A stretch of 64,000 nucleotides of DNA. It comes from an uncultured Mycoplasmatota bacterium. GTDB taxonomy: Bacteria; Bacillota_I; Bacilli_A; RF39; UBA660. Where the stretch lies: the NCBI GenBank assembly GCA_900553835.1, contig USFF01000002.1, positions 6,756-70,755 of the forward strand. Reading direction: 5' to 3'. The notes under the pieces were generated by a model. The model was not told the DNA's origin, did no database searches, and saw only the letters and a list, made by a program, of their open reading frames with translations. Below are positions 34,389-45,547 of the stretch, one piece after another (within the stretch, counting starts at the first letter, position 1; each line of letters starts with the position of its first letter). The translations under genes and the position numbers were made by a program.

Positions 34389-35090
34389 CTATATTTTTAA
34401 AGAGCTTTCTAAAGCAAGTTCAATCATTTTATTAAAGCCCTCTTCTCTTTCTTTGCTACTAAGTGCTTCTTTTGTTACAAATGAGTCACTTATAGTAAGT
34501 AAAGCACTAGCTTTTTTATTAAAGTAAATACTATTAGTAAATAAACTATATGTTTCCATTTCTACACATTTGATGTTATATTTATTAATTAGTTCTTCTA
34601 TGTTTAAATCTAGTTCATAGAAACTTTCTGAAGAGTAAACATTCCCTTGTTTTAGGTTAATATTTAATTTCTTACTTGTATTTACTATAATATTATTAAG
34701 TTCATTATTAGAAGGAATTAAGTTAGAATTAGTTCCTTCTACTTTATAACTACTTGTTGAGTAAGAGTTTTCTACTAAGAGAATATCTTTTATGTTTAAG
34801 TCTTTAGTATAAGCGCCAGCACTTCCTACTCTTATTATGTTTTCTACATTATAATATTTATAAAGTTCATAGCTATATATTCCCATTGATGGAATACCCA
34901 TTCCACTAGAGAATATTGTTATTCTTTTACCTTTATAGTATCCAGTATAAGCTAGTTCTCCTCTTACTGTATTAACTAGTTTTATATTTTCAAGAAAATT
35001 TTCTGCTATATATTTAACTCTGTTAGGGTCTCCTGGCATGATTACAGTACTTGCTATGTCATTAATACTTGCTTCTATATGAGGTGTCAT
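34389..35090 (-). CDS. deoD: Purine nucleoside phosphorylase, DeoD type
   Basis: MTPHIEA...VIMPGDPNRVKYIA...GMGIPSMGIYSYEL...RVGSAGAY...VEMETYSLF. Confidence 0.9.
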   Translation of the reverse strand: MTPHIEASINDIASTVIMPGDPNRVKYIAENFLENIKLVNTVRGELAYTGYYKGKRITIFSSGMGIPSMGIYSYELYKYYNVENIIRVGSAGAYTKDLNIKDILLVENSYSTSSYKVEGTNSNLIPSNNELNNIIVNTSKKLNINLKQGNVYSSESFYELDLNIEELINKYNIKCVEMETYSLFTNSIYFNKKASALLTISDSFVTKEALSSKEREEGFNKMIELALESSLKI

Positions 35091-37279
35091 TCTTCTTCAC
35101 CTTTACTTTCGTTATTCATTTTAAATAATACTTCTCTAGGTTTACTTCCATTTTGAGGTCCTATTATACCTCTTTCTTCTAATAAATCAATTATTCTAGC
35201 TGCACGATTATAGCCTAGTCTATATTTTCTTTGTATTAAGCTTGCACTTATTTTACCAGTTTTAACAGCAAACTCTACTATTTCGTTGTATAGTGGGTCA
35301 TCTTCATCCATTTTAGAAGTATTTTCAAGTTCTTTTTGTTCTTCTACTGGACTTTTATCTAAATTAACCATTGCTTCATCATATTTAGGTTCAGCATTTC
35401 TTCTTACGAATTCTACTACTCTTTCTATTTCTTCATCACTTACAAATGAACCTTGTATTCTTATTGGAGATGGTTCTCCAGGTGGTAAGAATAACATGTC
35501 TCCTTTACCTAGAAGTTTTTCTGCTCCTCCCATGTCAAGTATTGTACGAGAGTCAACAAATGATGAAACCATGAAACTTATTCTTGTAGGTATGTTTGAT
35601 TTTATTAGTCCTGTTATTACATCTGTACTTGGTCTTTGAGTTGCTACTATTAAGTGTATTCCAGCTGCTCTTGCTAACTGAGTTATACGCATGATGCTTT
35701 CTTCTACTTCTTTACTTGCAACCATCATTAAGTCAGCAAGTTCATCTATTATAACTAATATGTATGGAAGTTTTTCTAGTTCTGGTTTTCTAGATTTATT
35801 TTTTTCTACATATTCATTGTAACTAGTTATATTTCTTGTACCAGAATTTGCAAACATTTCATATCTGTCTTCCATTATAGAACAAACTTTTTGAAGAGCA
35901 ACACTTGCCTTTTTAGGGTCTGTTACAACAGGTCTCATTAAATGAGGTACTCCTTCATAACAATTAAGTTCTACTTTTTTTGGATCAACTAAAATCATTT
36001 TTACTTCATTTGGTTTAGCTCGCATAAGTATTGAAGTTATTATGTTATTTATGCATACTGATTTACCACTTCCAGTTGCACCCGCAATTAACATATGTGG
36101 TGCCTTGTTAATTTCAAAATATTGTATATTTCCCATTATATCTAGTCCAAGGGGTGCGAGTAATTTAGAACCATCTAATTTCTTAGGAATACCTGCTAGT
36201 ATGTCTTTCATTTTTACTTCACTTGTTTTAGGGTTTGGTATTTCTATACCAATAGTACTTTTACCTGGAATTGGAGCTTGTATTCTTACATCTTTTGCAG
36301 CTAAAGCTAAAGCTATTTCTCTATTTATACTAAGTATTTTGTTTACTTTTGTACCTGCTTTTATTTCTATTTCATATTGTGTTACAGTAGGACCTACATG
36401 CACTTCCTTAACTTTACCACTTATACCAAAATCATTAAATACTTGTTCTAATATTTTATTATTTCTTGTTATAAACTCAGTGCTATCTATTTTACCTTTG
36501 TTTTTACTACCTACTAATAAATCTAGTGGAGGAAGAATGTAGTCAACATTTTCTTTTACTTTTTCTTCAGTATATGTAACTTCTTCTAAATGAGTAATTG
36601 GAGTTTCTTTAGTAGTTATTTCATTTATATTAGTTATAACTACTTTGTCATCATTTTCTTTATTTATTAACTCTTCTTCTCCTTCTTTTGCCATTTCTTC
36701 TATTGTTTTCTTTTTCTTTTTAAATGGTTTTATTATAAATTTAAATATATCACTTAATGTTATGTTAAATGACATTATTAGTCCAAATACTACTAATACA
36801 CCTACTACTATGTAAGTTCCTGTAACATCAAAGAGTGAAACAAAACAAAAAGATAAAAGTGCACCTATTATACCTCCACCAGTATAACTAACCATAACTG
36901 GGTTATCAAATGAACCAATTATATTATTTACTGTGTTTTTTATTATATTAACTCCTAATACTTCTTCTTCATTAATATATTTTACATGACTTAAAAGTAA
37001 GATAGAAACTATAAGTATGTAAAGTCCTATTAATCTAGCAGTTACATATGTTGGTTCTTTTCTTTTTATTATTAATATAAGTCCTACTATAATGCACATT
37101 ATAAGAAATAGTTGCCACCATGTACCAAAAAGGAAAACACTAAAACTTTTTAGTATTCTACCAATTGGACCAAATTTACCAAAACCTAGTACACCTACTA
37201 ATATTAGTCCTAAACCTTCTAATTCCTTAGTATAAGGGAACTCATTTTTCACTTCATTTGTTTGTTTTTTCTTTGCCAT
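35087..37279 (-). CDS. ftsK: DNA translocase FtsK/SpoIIIE
   Basis: N-terminal TM segments, Walker A GATGSGKS, VIIDELADLM, C-terminal gamma wHTH (SASLIQRKYRLGYNRAARIIDLLEERGIIG). Confidence 0.93.
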   Translation of the reverse strand: MAKKKQTNEVKNEFPYTKELEGLGLILVGVLGFGKFGPIGRILKSFSVFLFGTWWQLFLIMCIIVGLILIIKRKEPTYVTARLIGLYILIVSILLLSHVKYINEEEVLGVNIIKNTVNNIIGSFDNPVMVSYTGGGIIGALLSFCFVSLFDVTGTYIVVGVLVVFGLIMSFNITLSDIFKFIIKPFKKKKKTIEEMAKEGEEELINKENDDKVVITNINEITTKETPITHLEEVTYTEEKVKENVDYILPPLDLLVGSKNKGKIDSTEFITRNNKILEQVFNDFGISGKVKEVHVGPTVTQYEIEIKAGTKVNKILSINREIALALAAKDVRIQAPIPGKSTIGIEIPNPKTSEVKMKDILAGIPKKLDGSKLLAPLGLDIMGNIQYFEINKAPHMLIAGATGSGKSVCINNIITSILMRAKPNEVKMILVDPKKVELNCYEGVPHLMRPVVTDPKKASVALQKVCSIMEDRYEMFANSGTRNITSYNEYVEKNKSRKPELEKLPYILVIIDELADLMMVASKEVEESIMRITQLARAAGIHLIVATQRPSTDVITGLIKSNIPTRISFMVSSFVDSRTILDMGGAEKLLGKGDMLFLPPGEPSPIRIQGSFVSDEEIERVVEFVRRNAEPKYDEAMVNLDKSPVEEQKELENTSKMDEDDPLYNEIVEFAVKTGKISASLIQRKYRLGYNRAARIIDLLEERGIIGPQNGSKPREVLFKMNNESKGEEE

Positions 37280-37293
37280 AACTTCCTTCTTTC

Positions 37294-39012
37294 TTAACTT
37301 TCATAAGCACTTATGAGTTTTTTATGAATATTAGGTTCAATAGTACTTATTGCATCTATACTAGTTTCTAAACTCTTTTTATATTCTCCTTTTCTAAATA
37401 GTACTTCTGCTTTTATTAGTCCTGTTTCTACTTCTTTGTTTGAACTTCTGTATCTGTTACCATAAACTATAGTCATCTCAGCCATTTTAGCAGCTTTAGT
37501 AAGTTCACTACTTAATCCATACAACTTAAGAACTAAATCTCTACTAGTGTCTACTCTTGTATTTAAGTCACTTATTACAATCGGTTTCTTTTCAAGTTCT
37601 TTTATTATATTTTTAGTACTTTCTTTTGCTTCAGATAACTCAGTAAAGTATATTTTTGGAATAACTGGAATGTTATAACTCTTCATCATATCTTTAGCAT
37701 CTTTTAAAATAGTTCTTATTTCTGTAAGTTGCTCTCTTGCTCTTACTTCATCTTCTTTTAAACTACCTAAACTTTTAATTGCACTTTCAAGTTTATCTTC
37801 TGTTTTACTTATTTTTACACTTATTAATTCTCCTGTTTTACTAAGTCTACTATATGGAGTTGTTTTAGTAAGAGTTCTATCATTTATTTCTTTAAAGCTT
37901 AGTTTTTCTTCTTTGATTTCATTACTTATGTTTTCTAATCCTGATAATTCTTCTTTAGTTAAAGCATAAGTTTCTTTAAGAATACTTACTTCTTCATATA
38001 TACTTTTTATTACACTAGTTAATCTAGATAGTTTTATACCTATTTGTTCCATTAACATTTCATATTCTTTTTTAGCTTGTTTTTCTTTATCAAAGTCGTT
38101 ATATAAACTTTCAAAGTAATCAAGTATAGTTTTTAGTTCAAATATACTGTCTTCTAGATTTAACATTTTAAGTCTATCAAATATATCACTAATTTTCTTT
38201 TTACTTTCTTCTATGTTATATTCAAGGTTTATGTATTCAATATTATAACCATCTTTTTTCATTTTAGCTGCCATGTTTTCTAGCTCAGTTATTTTTCTAG
38301 GTATTATCATTTTACCCATAAGTATTACAGTTGGAGTTTCATCTATTACTATCTTTATATTATTAATTAAGTCATCTAGTGCATGAACTATTTTGCCAAC
38401 TTCTTCATAGTCATTTTGTTCCATTGCTCTTTCAAAGGCACTTAAAAGTTTGTTAATATTTTCAAACTGCATATTAACTCTTTCTTCCATACCTTTATAG
38501 TCATTCATATTGCTTGTATATTTATTTACAACAGATCTAAAGACTGTTTTAAGTTTTGTAACTGCATTCCTGTTTCTCTCTTCACTATTTGTTATTTCTT
38601 TTATATCTTCAAGAAGTAACTCCATATCTGTTTTTACATAGTAAATATCAATTTCTGTTTTAGATAGTTCATAGCTTGCTTCTTTAAAGTTTTTATTATC
38701 TATAAGTTCTGCACATACTAAAAGTTTATCTGTAAGTCTAGGTATATCTTCTTTTTCTATTTTTTTATACCTTTTCTCCCACTTTTTATATGTTTCCATT
38801 AATTTATCATTATTTATTAATGCTTTTACTTTCTCCATCTCAGTTAGTATTCCACTTGAAATAATTAGATTTTTAAGTGTTTCTAATCTAGTTAATTCTT
38901 TTTCTAACTTATTTTTAGTTTTTCTTTGTATAGTAAACAATGTAACAGTTATTGCAACTACTCCAATTATATAAAAAATTATTCCTCCAAGTATTATAGC
39001 ACTTTTACTCAT
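37294..39012 (-). CDS. ezrA: Septation ring formation regulator EzrA
   Basis: Single N-terminal TM followed by about 540 aa of coiled coil. Length and composition are typical of EzrA. Confidence 0.8.
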   Translation of the reverse strand: MSKSAIILGGIIFYIIGVVAITVTLFTIQRKTKNKLEKELTRLETLKNLIISSGILTEMEKVKALINNDKLMETYKKWEKRYKKIEKEDIPRLTDKLLVCAELIDNKNFKEASYELSKTEIDIYYVKTDMELLLEDIKEITNSEERNRNAVTKLKTVFRSVVNKYTSNMNDYKGMEERVNMQFENINKLLSAFERAMEQNDYEEVGKIVHALDDLINNIKIVIDETPTVILMGKMIIPRKITELENMAAKMKKDGYNIEYINLEYNIEESKKKISDIFDRLKMLNLEDSIFELKTILDYFESLYNDFDKEKQAKKEYEMLMEQIGIKLSRLTSVIKSIYEEVSILKETYALTKEELSGLENISNEIKEEKLSFKEINDRTLTKTTPYSRLSKTGELISVKISKTEDKLESAIKSLGSLKEDEVRAREQLTEIRTILKDAKDMMKSYNIPVIPKIYFTELSEAKESTKNIIKELEKKPIVISDLNTRVDTSRDLVLKLYGLSSELTKAAKMAEMTIVYGNRYRSSNKEVETGLIKAEVLFRKGEYKKSLETSIDAISTIEPNIHKKLISAYES

Positions 39013-39105
39013 AATTAACTCTCCTACTCTCTATAAGTATTTTATCACAATTAAGTTAAATCTAAAAGAGAAAGTGAACATTTTTAATTAATTTTGTGAA
39101 AAAAC

Positions 39106-39134
39106 TTGATATTTTAGTGATTTTTTAGTATACT
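39106..39134 (+). promoter_or_regulatory. Promoter for rpsD
   Basis: TTGATA (39106-39111), 17-nt spacer, TATACT (39129-39134). Confidence 0.55.
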
Positions 39135-39140
39135 TAAATG

Positions 39141-39295
39141 CATGGAAGAAATGGCGACTTTATTTATTAAGTAACGTGTTTACTAAAGATTTATCTTTGT
39201 TAGTAACTTAAGCCATAAGCGAAAGCCCAAAGTAAACACCCTATTTATGGGAATAAAGATACCTTCTTTCAAATATTTATGAAGGAGGCTAAAAT
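39141..39295 (+). promoter_or_regulatory. Structured rpsD 5' leader (probable S4 autoregulatory leader)
   Basis: Long-range pairing GTGTTTACT/AGTAAACAC, and CCTTC...GAAGGAGG pairing that would sequester the SD. Confidence 0.4.
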
Positions 39296-39895
39296 ATGTC
39301 AAGATACACTGGACCAGCTTTTAAGAAATCTAGAAGACTTGGATTTAGTACACTTGAAAGTGGAAAAGAACTTAGAAAAAGAACTTCTGCTCCTGGACAA
39401 CATGGAACTAGCAGAAAGAAACTAAGTGAATATGGAATTCAGCTTGCTGAAAAACAAAAAGTAAGAATTATGTATGGTCTTACTGAAAAACAATTTAAGA
39501 AAACTTTTGAAGCTGCTGGTAAGAAAAAAGGTATTCATGGTACTAACTTATTAATCATGCTTGAAAGTAGACTTGATAACATAGTATATCGTATGGGACT
39601 TGCTAAAACTAGAAGAAGTTCTAGACAAATAGTAAATCACGGTCATATACTAGTTAATGGTAAAAGCGTTGATATTCCATCATATCAAGTTAAACCCGGA
39701 GATGTAGTTAGTGTTAAAGAAAAATCTTTAAATCATCCAGTTATTAATGAATGTTTAGAAGCAAAATTAAGTAATGTAAGTTATGTTACATTTGATCCTA
39801 AGAAAAAAGAAGGAACTTATGTAAGATATCCTGAAAGAGAAGAACTTAATGCTGATATTAATGAGTCATTAATAGTTGAATACTACAATAGATAA
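39296..39895 (+). CDS. rpsD: 30S ribosomal protein S4
   Basis: [16 protein letters not shown]..., with S4 RNA-binding domain [34 protein letters not shown]. Confidence 0.95.
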   Translation: MSRYTGPAFKKSRRLGFSTLESGKELRKRTSAPGQHGTSRKKLSEYGIQLAEKQKVRIMYGLTEKQFKKTFEAAGKKKGIHGTNLLIMLESRLDNIVYRMGLAKTRRSSRQIVNHGHILVNGKSVDIPSYQVKPGDVVSVKEKSLNHPVINECLEAKLSNVSYVTFDPKKKEGTYVRYPEREELNADINESLIVEYYNR

Positions 39896-39898
39896 TAA

Positions 39899-39928
39899 AA
39901 AAACTCTCACATTTGTGAGAGTTTTTTA
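39899..39928. terminator. Bidirectional terminator between rpsD and secG
   Basis: AACTCTCACA-TT-TGTGAGAGTT flanked by A and T runs. Confidence 0.75.
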
Positions 39929-40138
39929 TATACTTAATAATAATGATAAGAAAATGAATAGAAACCCCATTACAAAAGTTAATCTTGTAATAAATTTCTC
40001 TGCTCCTCTTTCTTTCATTTGACTCATAAGCATGCTATTACCACCAGTAATTATTTGACCTGCATCACTAGCTTTATTACTTTGAAGTAATACTAATGCT
40101 ATTAGAAGTATACTTACTATTATTAATAATATTTCCAT
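39926..40138 (-). CDS. secG: Preprotein translocase subunit SecG
   Basis: 70-aa two-TM protein with LLQSNKASDAGQIITGG, located downstream of eno. Confidence 0.8.
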   Translation of the reverse strand: MEILLIIVSILLIALVLLQSNKASDAGQIITGGNSMLMSQMKERGAEKFITRLTFVMGFLFIFLSLLLSI

Positions 40139-40305
40139 CTCTTTTTCTCCTCATATATAATTTTACAATATTTTTTATTTGATTTCAAGTACTAAGGCAT
40201 TAATGCAGTTATAGGCAATATATATACCTAATAATCCAAAAGTATTTGAATTTTCAAATAACTTCTCTGGTGTTAATTTAAAAAGTACACATATTAAGAA
40301 AAGAT

Positions 40306-41559
40306 CTATAAAGTATCTTCTTGAACATTTTTTAAGATTTCTTCTTCAATTTCTAAAAGTCTATTATACTTAGCTATTCTTTCTCCTCTTGATGTACTAC
40401 CACTTTTCATAAATGGAATATTTAATGCAACAGCTAAATCACTAATGAAAGTATCAGTTGTTTCCCCACTTCTATGACTCATAATACATGTATATTTATT
40501 TTGTTTAGCTAAAACTATTGTCTCAAGTGTTTCATAAAAACTTCCTACTTGGTTAGGCTTTATTAATATAGCATTACACATTTTTTCTTCTATACCTTTT
40601 TTTAGTAATTCTTTATTTGTAACAAATAAGTCATCTCCTACTATGCTTATTTTTTTACCTAAGACTTCAGTTATCATTTTAAATCCTTCATAGTCTTCTT
40701 CATCAAAAGGATCTTCTATACTTATTACTGGATATTTACTTACTATATCTAAATAGTAATTTAAAAGTTCTTCTCTAGTTTTATTAGTATTATCTATATT
40801 ATAAGTATCAGTTTCATTATTATAAAAACTACTTGCTGCCACATCTAATGCAATAAAGATGTTTTTACCAGGTATGTACCCTGCAGTTTCAATAGACTTT
40901 ACAATTATCATAAGAGCTTCTTCATTATTCTTAAGATCTGGTGCATAGCCTCCTTCATCACCAACATTTGTATTAAGACCTTTATCTAAAAGTATTCCTT
41001 TTAAAGCATGAAATACTTCACTAGCCGCTCTTAACGATTCTTTAAATGTGTTAAATTTAGGTACTATCATGAATTCTTGAATGTCTATATTGTTAGCAGC
41101 GTGTTTACCTCCATTTAATATATTAAACATACAAAATGGAATATGTACTTCTCTTTTGTTTAAGTATTTATAAAGTGGTAACCCATTATCAAGCGCGGCA
41201 GCTTTTAAACATGCTACACTTACACCTAAAATAGCATTAGCACCTAGATTACTTTTATTTTCACTTCCATCTAAATTAATCATAATATTATCTATTGTTT
41301 TTTGTTCTTCTACTTCTTTACCTAGTAAGTTATATTTTATAGTATTATTTACATTATTTACTGCTTTAGTTACACCTTTTCCAAAGTATCTTTCATCGTT
41401 ATCTCTAAGTTCTAAAGCTTCTCTTTTACCAGTAGATGCCCCGCTTGGGACTGAAAATACTCCTATACTACCCTTTTCTGTATACACTTTTACTTCTACA
41501 GTAGGATTACCTCTAGAATCTAGTATTTCCCTAGCTACTACATCAGTTATTTTACTCAT
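40306..41559 (-). CDS. eno: Enolase
   Basis: ITDVVAREILDSRGNPTVEV, SHRSGETTDTFISDLAV, IKPNQVGS. Confidence 0.95.
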   Translation of the reverse strand: MSKITDVVAREILDSRGNPTVEVKVYTEKGSIGVFSVPSGASTGKREALELRDNDERYFGKGVTKAVNNVNNTIKYNLLGKEVEEQKTIDNIMINLDGSENKSNLGANAILGVSVACLKAAALDNGLPLYKYLNKREVHIPFCMFNILNGGKHAANNIDIQEFMIVPKFNTFKESLRAASEVFHALKGILLDKGLNTNVGDEGGYAPDLKNNEEALMIIVKSIETAGYIPGKNIFIALDVAASSFYNNETDTYNIDNTNKTREELLNYYLDIVSKYPVISIEDPFDEEDYEGFKMITEVLGKKISIVGDDLFVTNKELLKKGIEEKMCNAILIKPNQVGSFYETLETIVLAKQNKYTCIMSHRSGETTDTFISDLAVALNIPFMKSGSTSRGERIAKYNRLLEIEEEILKNVQEDTL

Positions 41560-41643
41560 TTAAATCACCTTTTCTACTTAAATTATACTATTTTTAAATT
41601 GTTTTAACAATAGAAAGTTATAAATAAAAAGAATTTATAACTT

Positions 41644-42075
41644 TTATTTAATTATAAATTCTTGAGAAGTATAAAACTCTTCTTTAGCATTCTTTAACCT
41701 AAAACTTTTTACTATTCTATATTTTCCTTTAGAAAGTTTTCCATAGTAACTAGTCCATTTTAAGTTTTCTTCTTTTTCTTCTCCTTTTTTTAAATTATAA
41801 GCCACCATAATAAAATGCATTTCTTCTTTAGGTTTTACTTTATACCACTTATCATTTTCTTCTTTCTCTAGATGATATGAAAGCCCATATGTTAAATCAT
41901 AGTTACTAATATTTATTAGTTTAAAAGTAATTCCTTCATTAGTAGTTTTTTCCTCGTTTATTTCCATTTTTAAATATTCGTTATTCATATTAAGGGTACT
42001 TTCTTCTAATAAATTTGTTTTATTACAGCCTGTTAAAGTTAATGCTAGTAATATAGTTAGAAATATTTTTTTCAT
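41644..42075 (-). CDS. Lipoprotein (hypothetical)
   Basis: Lipobox LALTLTGC after MKKIFLTILL. The start at 42075 is preferred (SD AAAGGAGA) over the longer track ORF. Confidence 0.65.
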   Translation of the reverse strand: MKKIFLTILLALTLTGCNKTNLLEESTLNMNNEYLKMEINEEKTTNEGITFKLINISNYDLTYGLSYHLEKEENDKWYKVKPKEEMHFIMVAYNLKKGEEKEENLKWTSYYGKLSKGKYRIVKSFRLKNAKEEFYTSQEFIIK

Positions 42076-42187
42076 AAGTCTCCTTTCTATTTTCATATTA
42101 ACATTAAATTCATTTTTAGTCAAATGTTATCCTAAAATCTTTACAAATAATTATAATTTAGTATAATATTTAGAAAAGGAGAAAATT

Positions 42188-42508
42188 ATGACTGAACTAA
42201 AGAAAATAAATGAGTTAATAAACGCTGTTAAGGATAATACATATAATTTACCTAAAGAACTAGAATTATATATATTAAATTTAATTTATAAAGAACTACA
42301 AAATATAGAGTGTTCACCTAATAGTACTTGTGAATACTGTGAAAATATAAGTAGTACTGGTAATAACTTCTATAGTATTTATTGCAGTTATCTAGATAGA
42401 AGTAAACAAAAAAAGATTTATGATTTTATAAGTGACAACTTTATACCGGGTTGTCCATTTATTACTCTCAGAGAAGAAGTTAATTCCTTAATTAGAAAGA
42501 TTAGTTAA
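42188..42508 (+). CDS. Hypothetical Cys-containing protein
   Basis: 106-aa ORF with SD AAAGGAGAAAATT-ATG. No family recognised. Confidence 0.5.
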   Translation: MTELKKINELINAVKDNTYNLPKELELYILNLIYKELQNIECSPNSTCEYCENISSTGNNFYSIYCSYLDRSKQKKIYDFISDNFIPGCPFITLREEVNSLIRKIS

Positions 42509-42576
42509 CCTTTTTATAAGGTTTTTTCTTTGATTTAGAATATTGTTGTGTTATAATTATTGAGAGGAGAATTATT

Positions 42577-43818
42577 ATGTTAATTAGAGAAATAGATAAA
42601 AATTTATTTGATGAAATTAGTAAGAACAATATGTTTAGCAGTTTTTATGAAACTAGCTATTATGGTGAAGTGATGAGAAAATATGATTATAAAGTAAAAT
42701 ATTATGCTTGTTATGATAATGATTTAATAATAGGTTCTTTTCTTATGCTCAGCAAATCTATTTCTATTAATATAAAATATGGTTATAGTCCAAGAGGCTT
42801 TTTAGTAGATTATTTTAATAAATATACTTTTGAAGAATTTACAAAAGCGGTTAAAAAGTTCTTTAGTAAGAAAGGTTATGCTTTTATTAAGATTAATCCA
42901 ATTATTATTTTAAATCAAGTTAATATGGATGGTTCTAAAGTTACAAATAGTTTATCTAGTACTTTAATTAGTACTATGGAAGAAAACAATTATAAGAAAC
43001 TTAAAGATAATTTATATTTTGAAAGTATGCTTCCAAAATATAATGCTATTATTAGTTTGAAAGATTTTGATAAGTCTAAACTTGATACTAAGTTAATTCA
43101 TAAACTTGATAAAGTTAATAATAAAGGTTTAAGTTTTATTAAGGGAGACTTTTATAACTTAAATAGTTTGTATGAACTTACTTATAGAAAAGATGGAAAG
43201 TCTAGTGATTTTTATAAAACATTATATAAGATGTTTGATCAAGATAAAAAAGTTGATTTATTTCTAGTAGAGGTTAATTATCATGAATATTTACTAAATT
43301 TACAAGGGGAACATAATACTGAAGAAACTATAAATGAAAAAGTAAATAGGTTATTCCAGTTAGATCCTACTAATAAGAATATTTATAATGAAAAGATGAA
43401 TAGTGATAGAAAGTTAAATGAAATAAATGAAGAGATACACGATGTTAATACTAAAATAAGTGAAGGTATTTATAAAGAGGTAGTCGCGGGTGCTTTAGTA
43501 ATTAAGTATAATAATATTGCTAGTATATTTACAAGTGGATTTAATAAGAAATACAATAAACTTTTACCTAATCATTTTCTTCATTACAACTTAATTAATC
43601 ATTATAAAGAAAATAACTATAGTTATTTAGATTTAAATGGTATTACAGGAGATTTTACTAAAGATAATCCTTATAAAGGTTTAAACGAGTTTAAATTGAG
43701 CTTTAATCCTAAAGTATATGAATATATTGGTGAATTTGATTTAATAATAAATCAAACTAAATATAGTTTATTATGGAGTACTAAAGCTCTTCATAAAGAA
43801 TTTGAAAAGAAAATGTAA
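42577..43818 (+). CDS. FemAB-family peptidoglycan interpeptide-bridge aminoacyltransferase
   Basis: About 410 aa, two GNAT-like halves separated by a helical/coiled insertion (HNTEETINEKVNRLFQ...), FemAB-like C-terminus NPYKGLNEFKLSFNP. Confidence 0.7.
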   Translation: MLIREIDKNLFDEISKNNMFSSFYETSYYGEVMRKYDYKVKYYACYDNDLIIGSFLMLSKSISINIKYGYSPRGFLVDYFNKYTFEEFTKAVKKFFSKKGYAFIKINPIIILNQVNMDGSKVTNSLSSTLISTMEENNYKKLKDNLYFESMLPKYNAIISLKDFDKSKLDTKLIHKLDKVNNKGLSFIKGDFYNLNSLYELTYRKDGKSSDFYKTLYKMFDQDKKVDLFLVEVNYHEYLLNLQGEHNTEETINEKVNRLFQLDPTNKNIYNEKMNSDRKLNEINEEIHDVNTKISEGIYKEVVAGALVIKYNNIASIFTSGFNKKYNKLLPNHFLHYNLINHYKENNYSYLDLNGITGDFTKDNPYKGLNEFKLSFNPKVYEYIGEFDLIINQTKYSLLWSTKALHKEFEKKM

Positions 43819-43821
43819 TAA

Positions 43822-43850
43822 AAAGACTTATTTGTATATAAGTCTATTTT
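43822..43850. terminator. Bidirectional terminator between femAB-like gene and the HA operon
   Basis: AGACTTAT-TTGTAT-ATAAGTCT with flanking A/T runs. Confidence 0.6.
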
Positions 43851-44362
43851 TTCTTTTTAAGTTTTTTTGTGTTTCTATGTATGTTTAGAACAAAGCCTTC
43901 TTTAGTCTTTTTATCTAAAAGTACTAAGTCATTATTATTACAAAAAGTTTCTATGTATATTAGTACTTCTTCATTTATATAGTTATATATAAACATATCT
44001 TTATTAATAGTTATAATTTCTAGAGTAGATTTAATTATTCTATTGTATAAATTATTTGCTACTAAGTAGTTTATTTCTTTTTGATATTTTCTTTTTTCTA
44101 AGTATCTTTCTATTATGTTTAATTTACTACTAACTTCTTTTTTAGGTAGTTTTACTTTTTCTATATAAAGTTTTATTTGATTATTATTTATGTTGTTATA
44201 TAGGATATACCCATTTAAATATAATAATAAATTTAAATAATTAAGTAATTTATTATTTATTAAGTAATAAGTATTATCTCCTTTTGTATACTCAATTTTT
44301 TTATCAGTTATTAATTTGTTATAAAAGTATTTTAATACATCATTATTCATATTACACCTCAT
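43844..44362 (-). CDS. Hypothetical protein, last gene of the HA-repeat operon
   Basis: 172-aa Asn/Tyr/Leu-rich ORF with a lysine tail, 5 nt downstream of the preceding gene. Confidence 0.5.
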   Translation of the reverse strand: MRCNMNNDVLKYFYNKLITDKKIEYTKGDNTYYLINNKLLNYLNLLLYLNGYILYNNINNNQIKLYIEKVKLPKKEVSSKLNIIERYLEKRKYQKEINYLVANNLYNRIIKSTLEIITINKDMFIYNYINEEVLIYIETFCNNNDLVLLDKKTKEGFVLNIHRNTKKLKKKK

Positions 44363-44367
44363 TAATA

Positions 44368-45528
44368 TTATATTTTTTTAGTTAGTTTATTTTCTCTTAT
44401 ATTCCATATCATTCCTATATTATTTAGTAGTTCTATTCTTTCAGTACTAATAGAACTTCTTAAACCCCTATAGGATGCTCTTTGAGAGTTTATCCATTGT
44501 CCTAATTTTATAATTTCTCCATTTACTATAGTTTCATATGTAGCAGGTACTTTTAAGTCACCATTTTCCTCATAATACTTTTTAGCTACTTTATAATATT
44601 TCATCCATCTTATATCTTTTAAGTTTTTTACATTGTCATCTTTTATTATGCTAGAAAATATATCCATTAGTTCTTTTCTTTTACCTGTTAATTCGTTATT
44701 CCTATATAAACTTAATTGTCTTTTATACCACTGGTTTAAAGATATTAGTTTCCCATTTACTTCTACTAAATAAGTATTTGGAATAACACTAGTACCTTTA
44801 TCACCATAATATTTTACCATACTTTTAAATGTTATAATCCAGTTCTTTTCACTTTGAAAAAATTTTACATCTTCCCATTGCATACCTATTTCATTTAAAA
44901 GTTTTATTCTTTCATTTGAAAGCTCTCCTAAATTATAACATCTTCTTTGATAAGTTATCCAGTTTCCTAGTGCTACACTATTGCCTTCTATATTTACTTC
45001 ATAAGTATTAGCTATTAGTAAGTCACCATTTTCAGTATAATAGTCTTTTGCTAAGTTATACATATATTCCCATGAAAATCTTGTTCTTAATTTCCATACC
45101 ATACCTATCTCGTCAAGTAGTTCTTTTCTTTTAGCGCTTAGTTTACCACTGTGGTAATTAACCCTTTGAGAAATTATCCAGTTACCTAGATTTATTTCTT
45201 TATTATCTTTTATATAGGAATAAGTCATAGGTACTTTTAAGTTACCTTTTTCTTTGTAATAATTAATTGCTTCTTTATACATTTTAAGCCATGGAATATC
45301 AAGTACTTCTTCATCATAACAATTCCATACCATACCTATCTCATCAAGTAGTTCTTTTCTATATTTTGAAAGTTTACCTAATTTGTTATATCTTCTTTGT
45401 CCTATTATCCATACACCTAAGTTAACATCTCCTACTTTATAATTTTTCTTAATTAATAAGTTACCATTTTCTTCATAATATTTTTTAGCAAGATTATATT
45501 TTTCTAACCATTTTTTATCATTATACAT
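44368..45528 (-). CDS. Protein made of ~5 tandem helicase-associated (HA) domain repeats
   Basis: Repeating about 65-75-aa unit W..(Y/F)..A..YY.E.G.L.vP..Y......LG.WI..QR..Y..GKLS..R..LL.EIGM.W. Confidence 0.8.
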   Translation of the reverse strand: MYNDKKWLEKYNLAKKYYEENGNLLIKKNYKVGDVNLGVWIIGQRRYNKLGKLSKYRKELLDEIGMVWNCYDEEVLDIPWLKMYKEAINYYKEKGNLKVPMTYSYIKDNKEINLGNWIISQRVNYHSGKLSAKRKELLDEIGMVWKLRTRFSWEYMYNLAKDYYTENGDLLIANTYEVNIEGNSVALGNWITYQRRCYNLGELSNERIKLLNEIGMQWEDVKFFQSEKNWIITFKSMVKYYGDKGTSVIPNTYLVEVNGKLISLNQWYKRQLSLYRNNELTGKRKELMDIFSSIIKDDNVKNLKDIRWMKYYKVAKKYYEENGDLKVPATYETIVNGEIIKLGQWINSQRASYRGLRSSISTERIELLNNIGMIWNIRENKLTKKI

Positions 45529-45547
45529 ATTTATTCCCCCTTAGTAA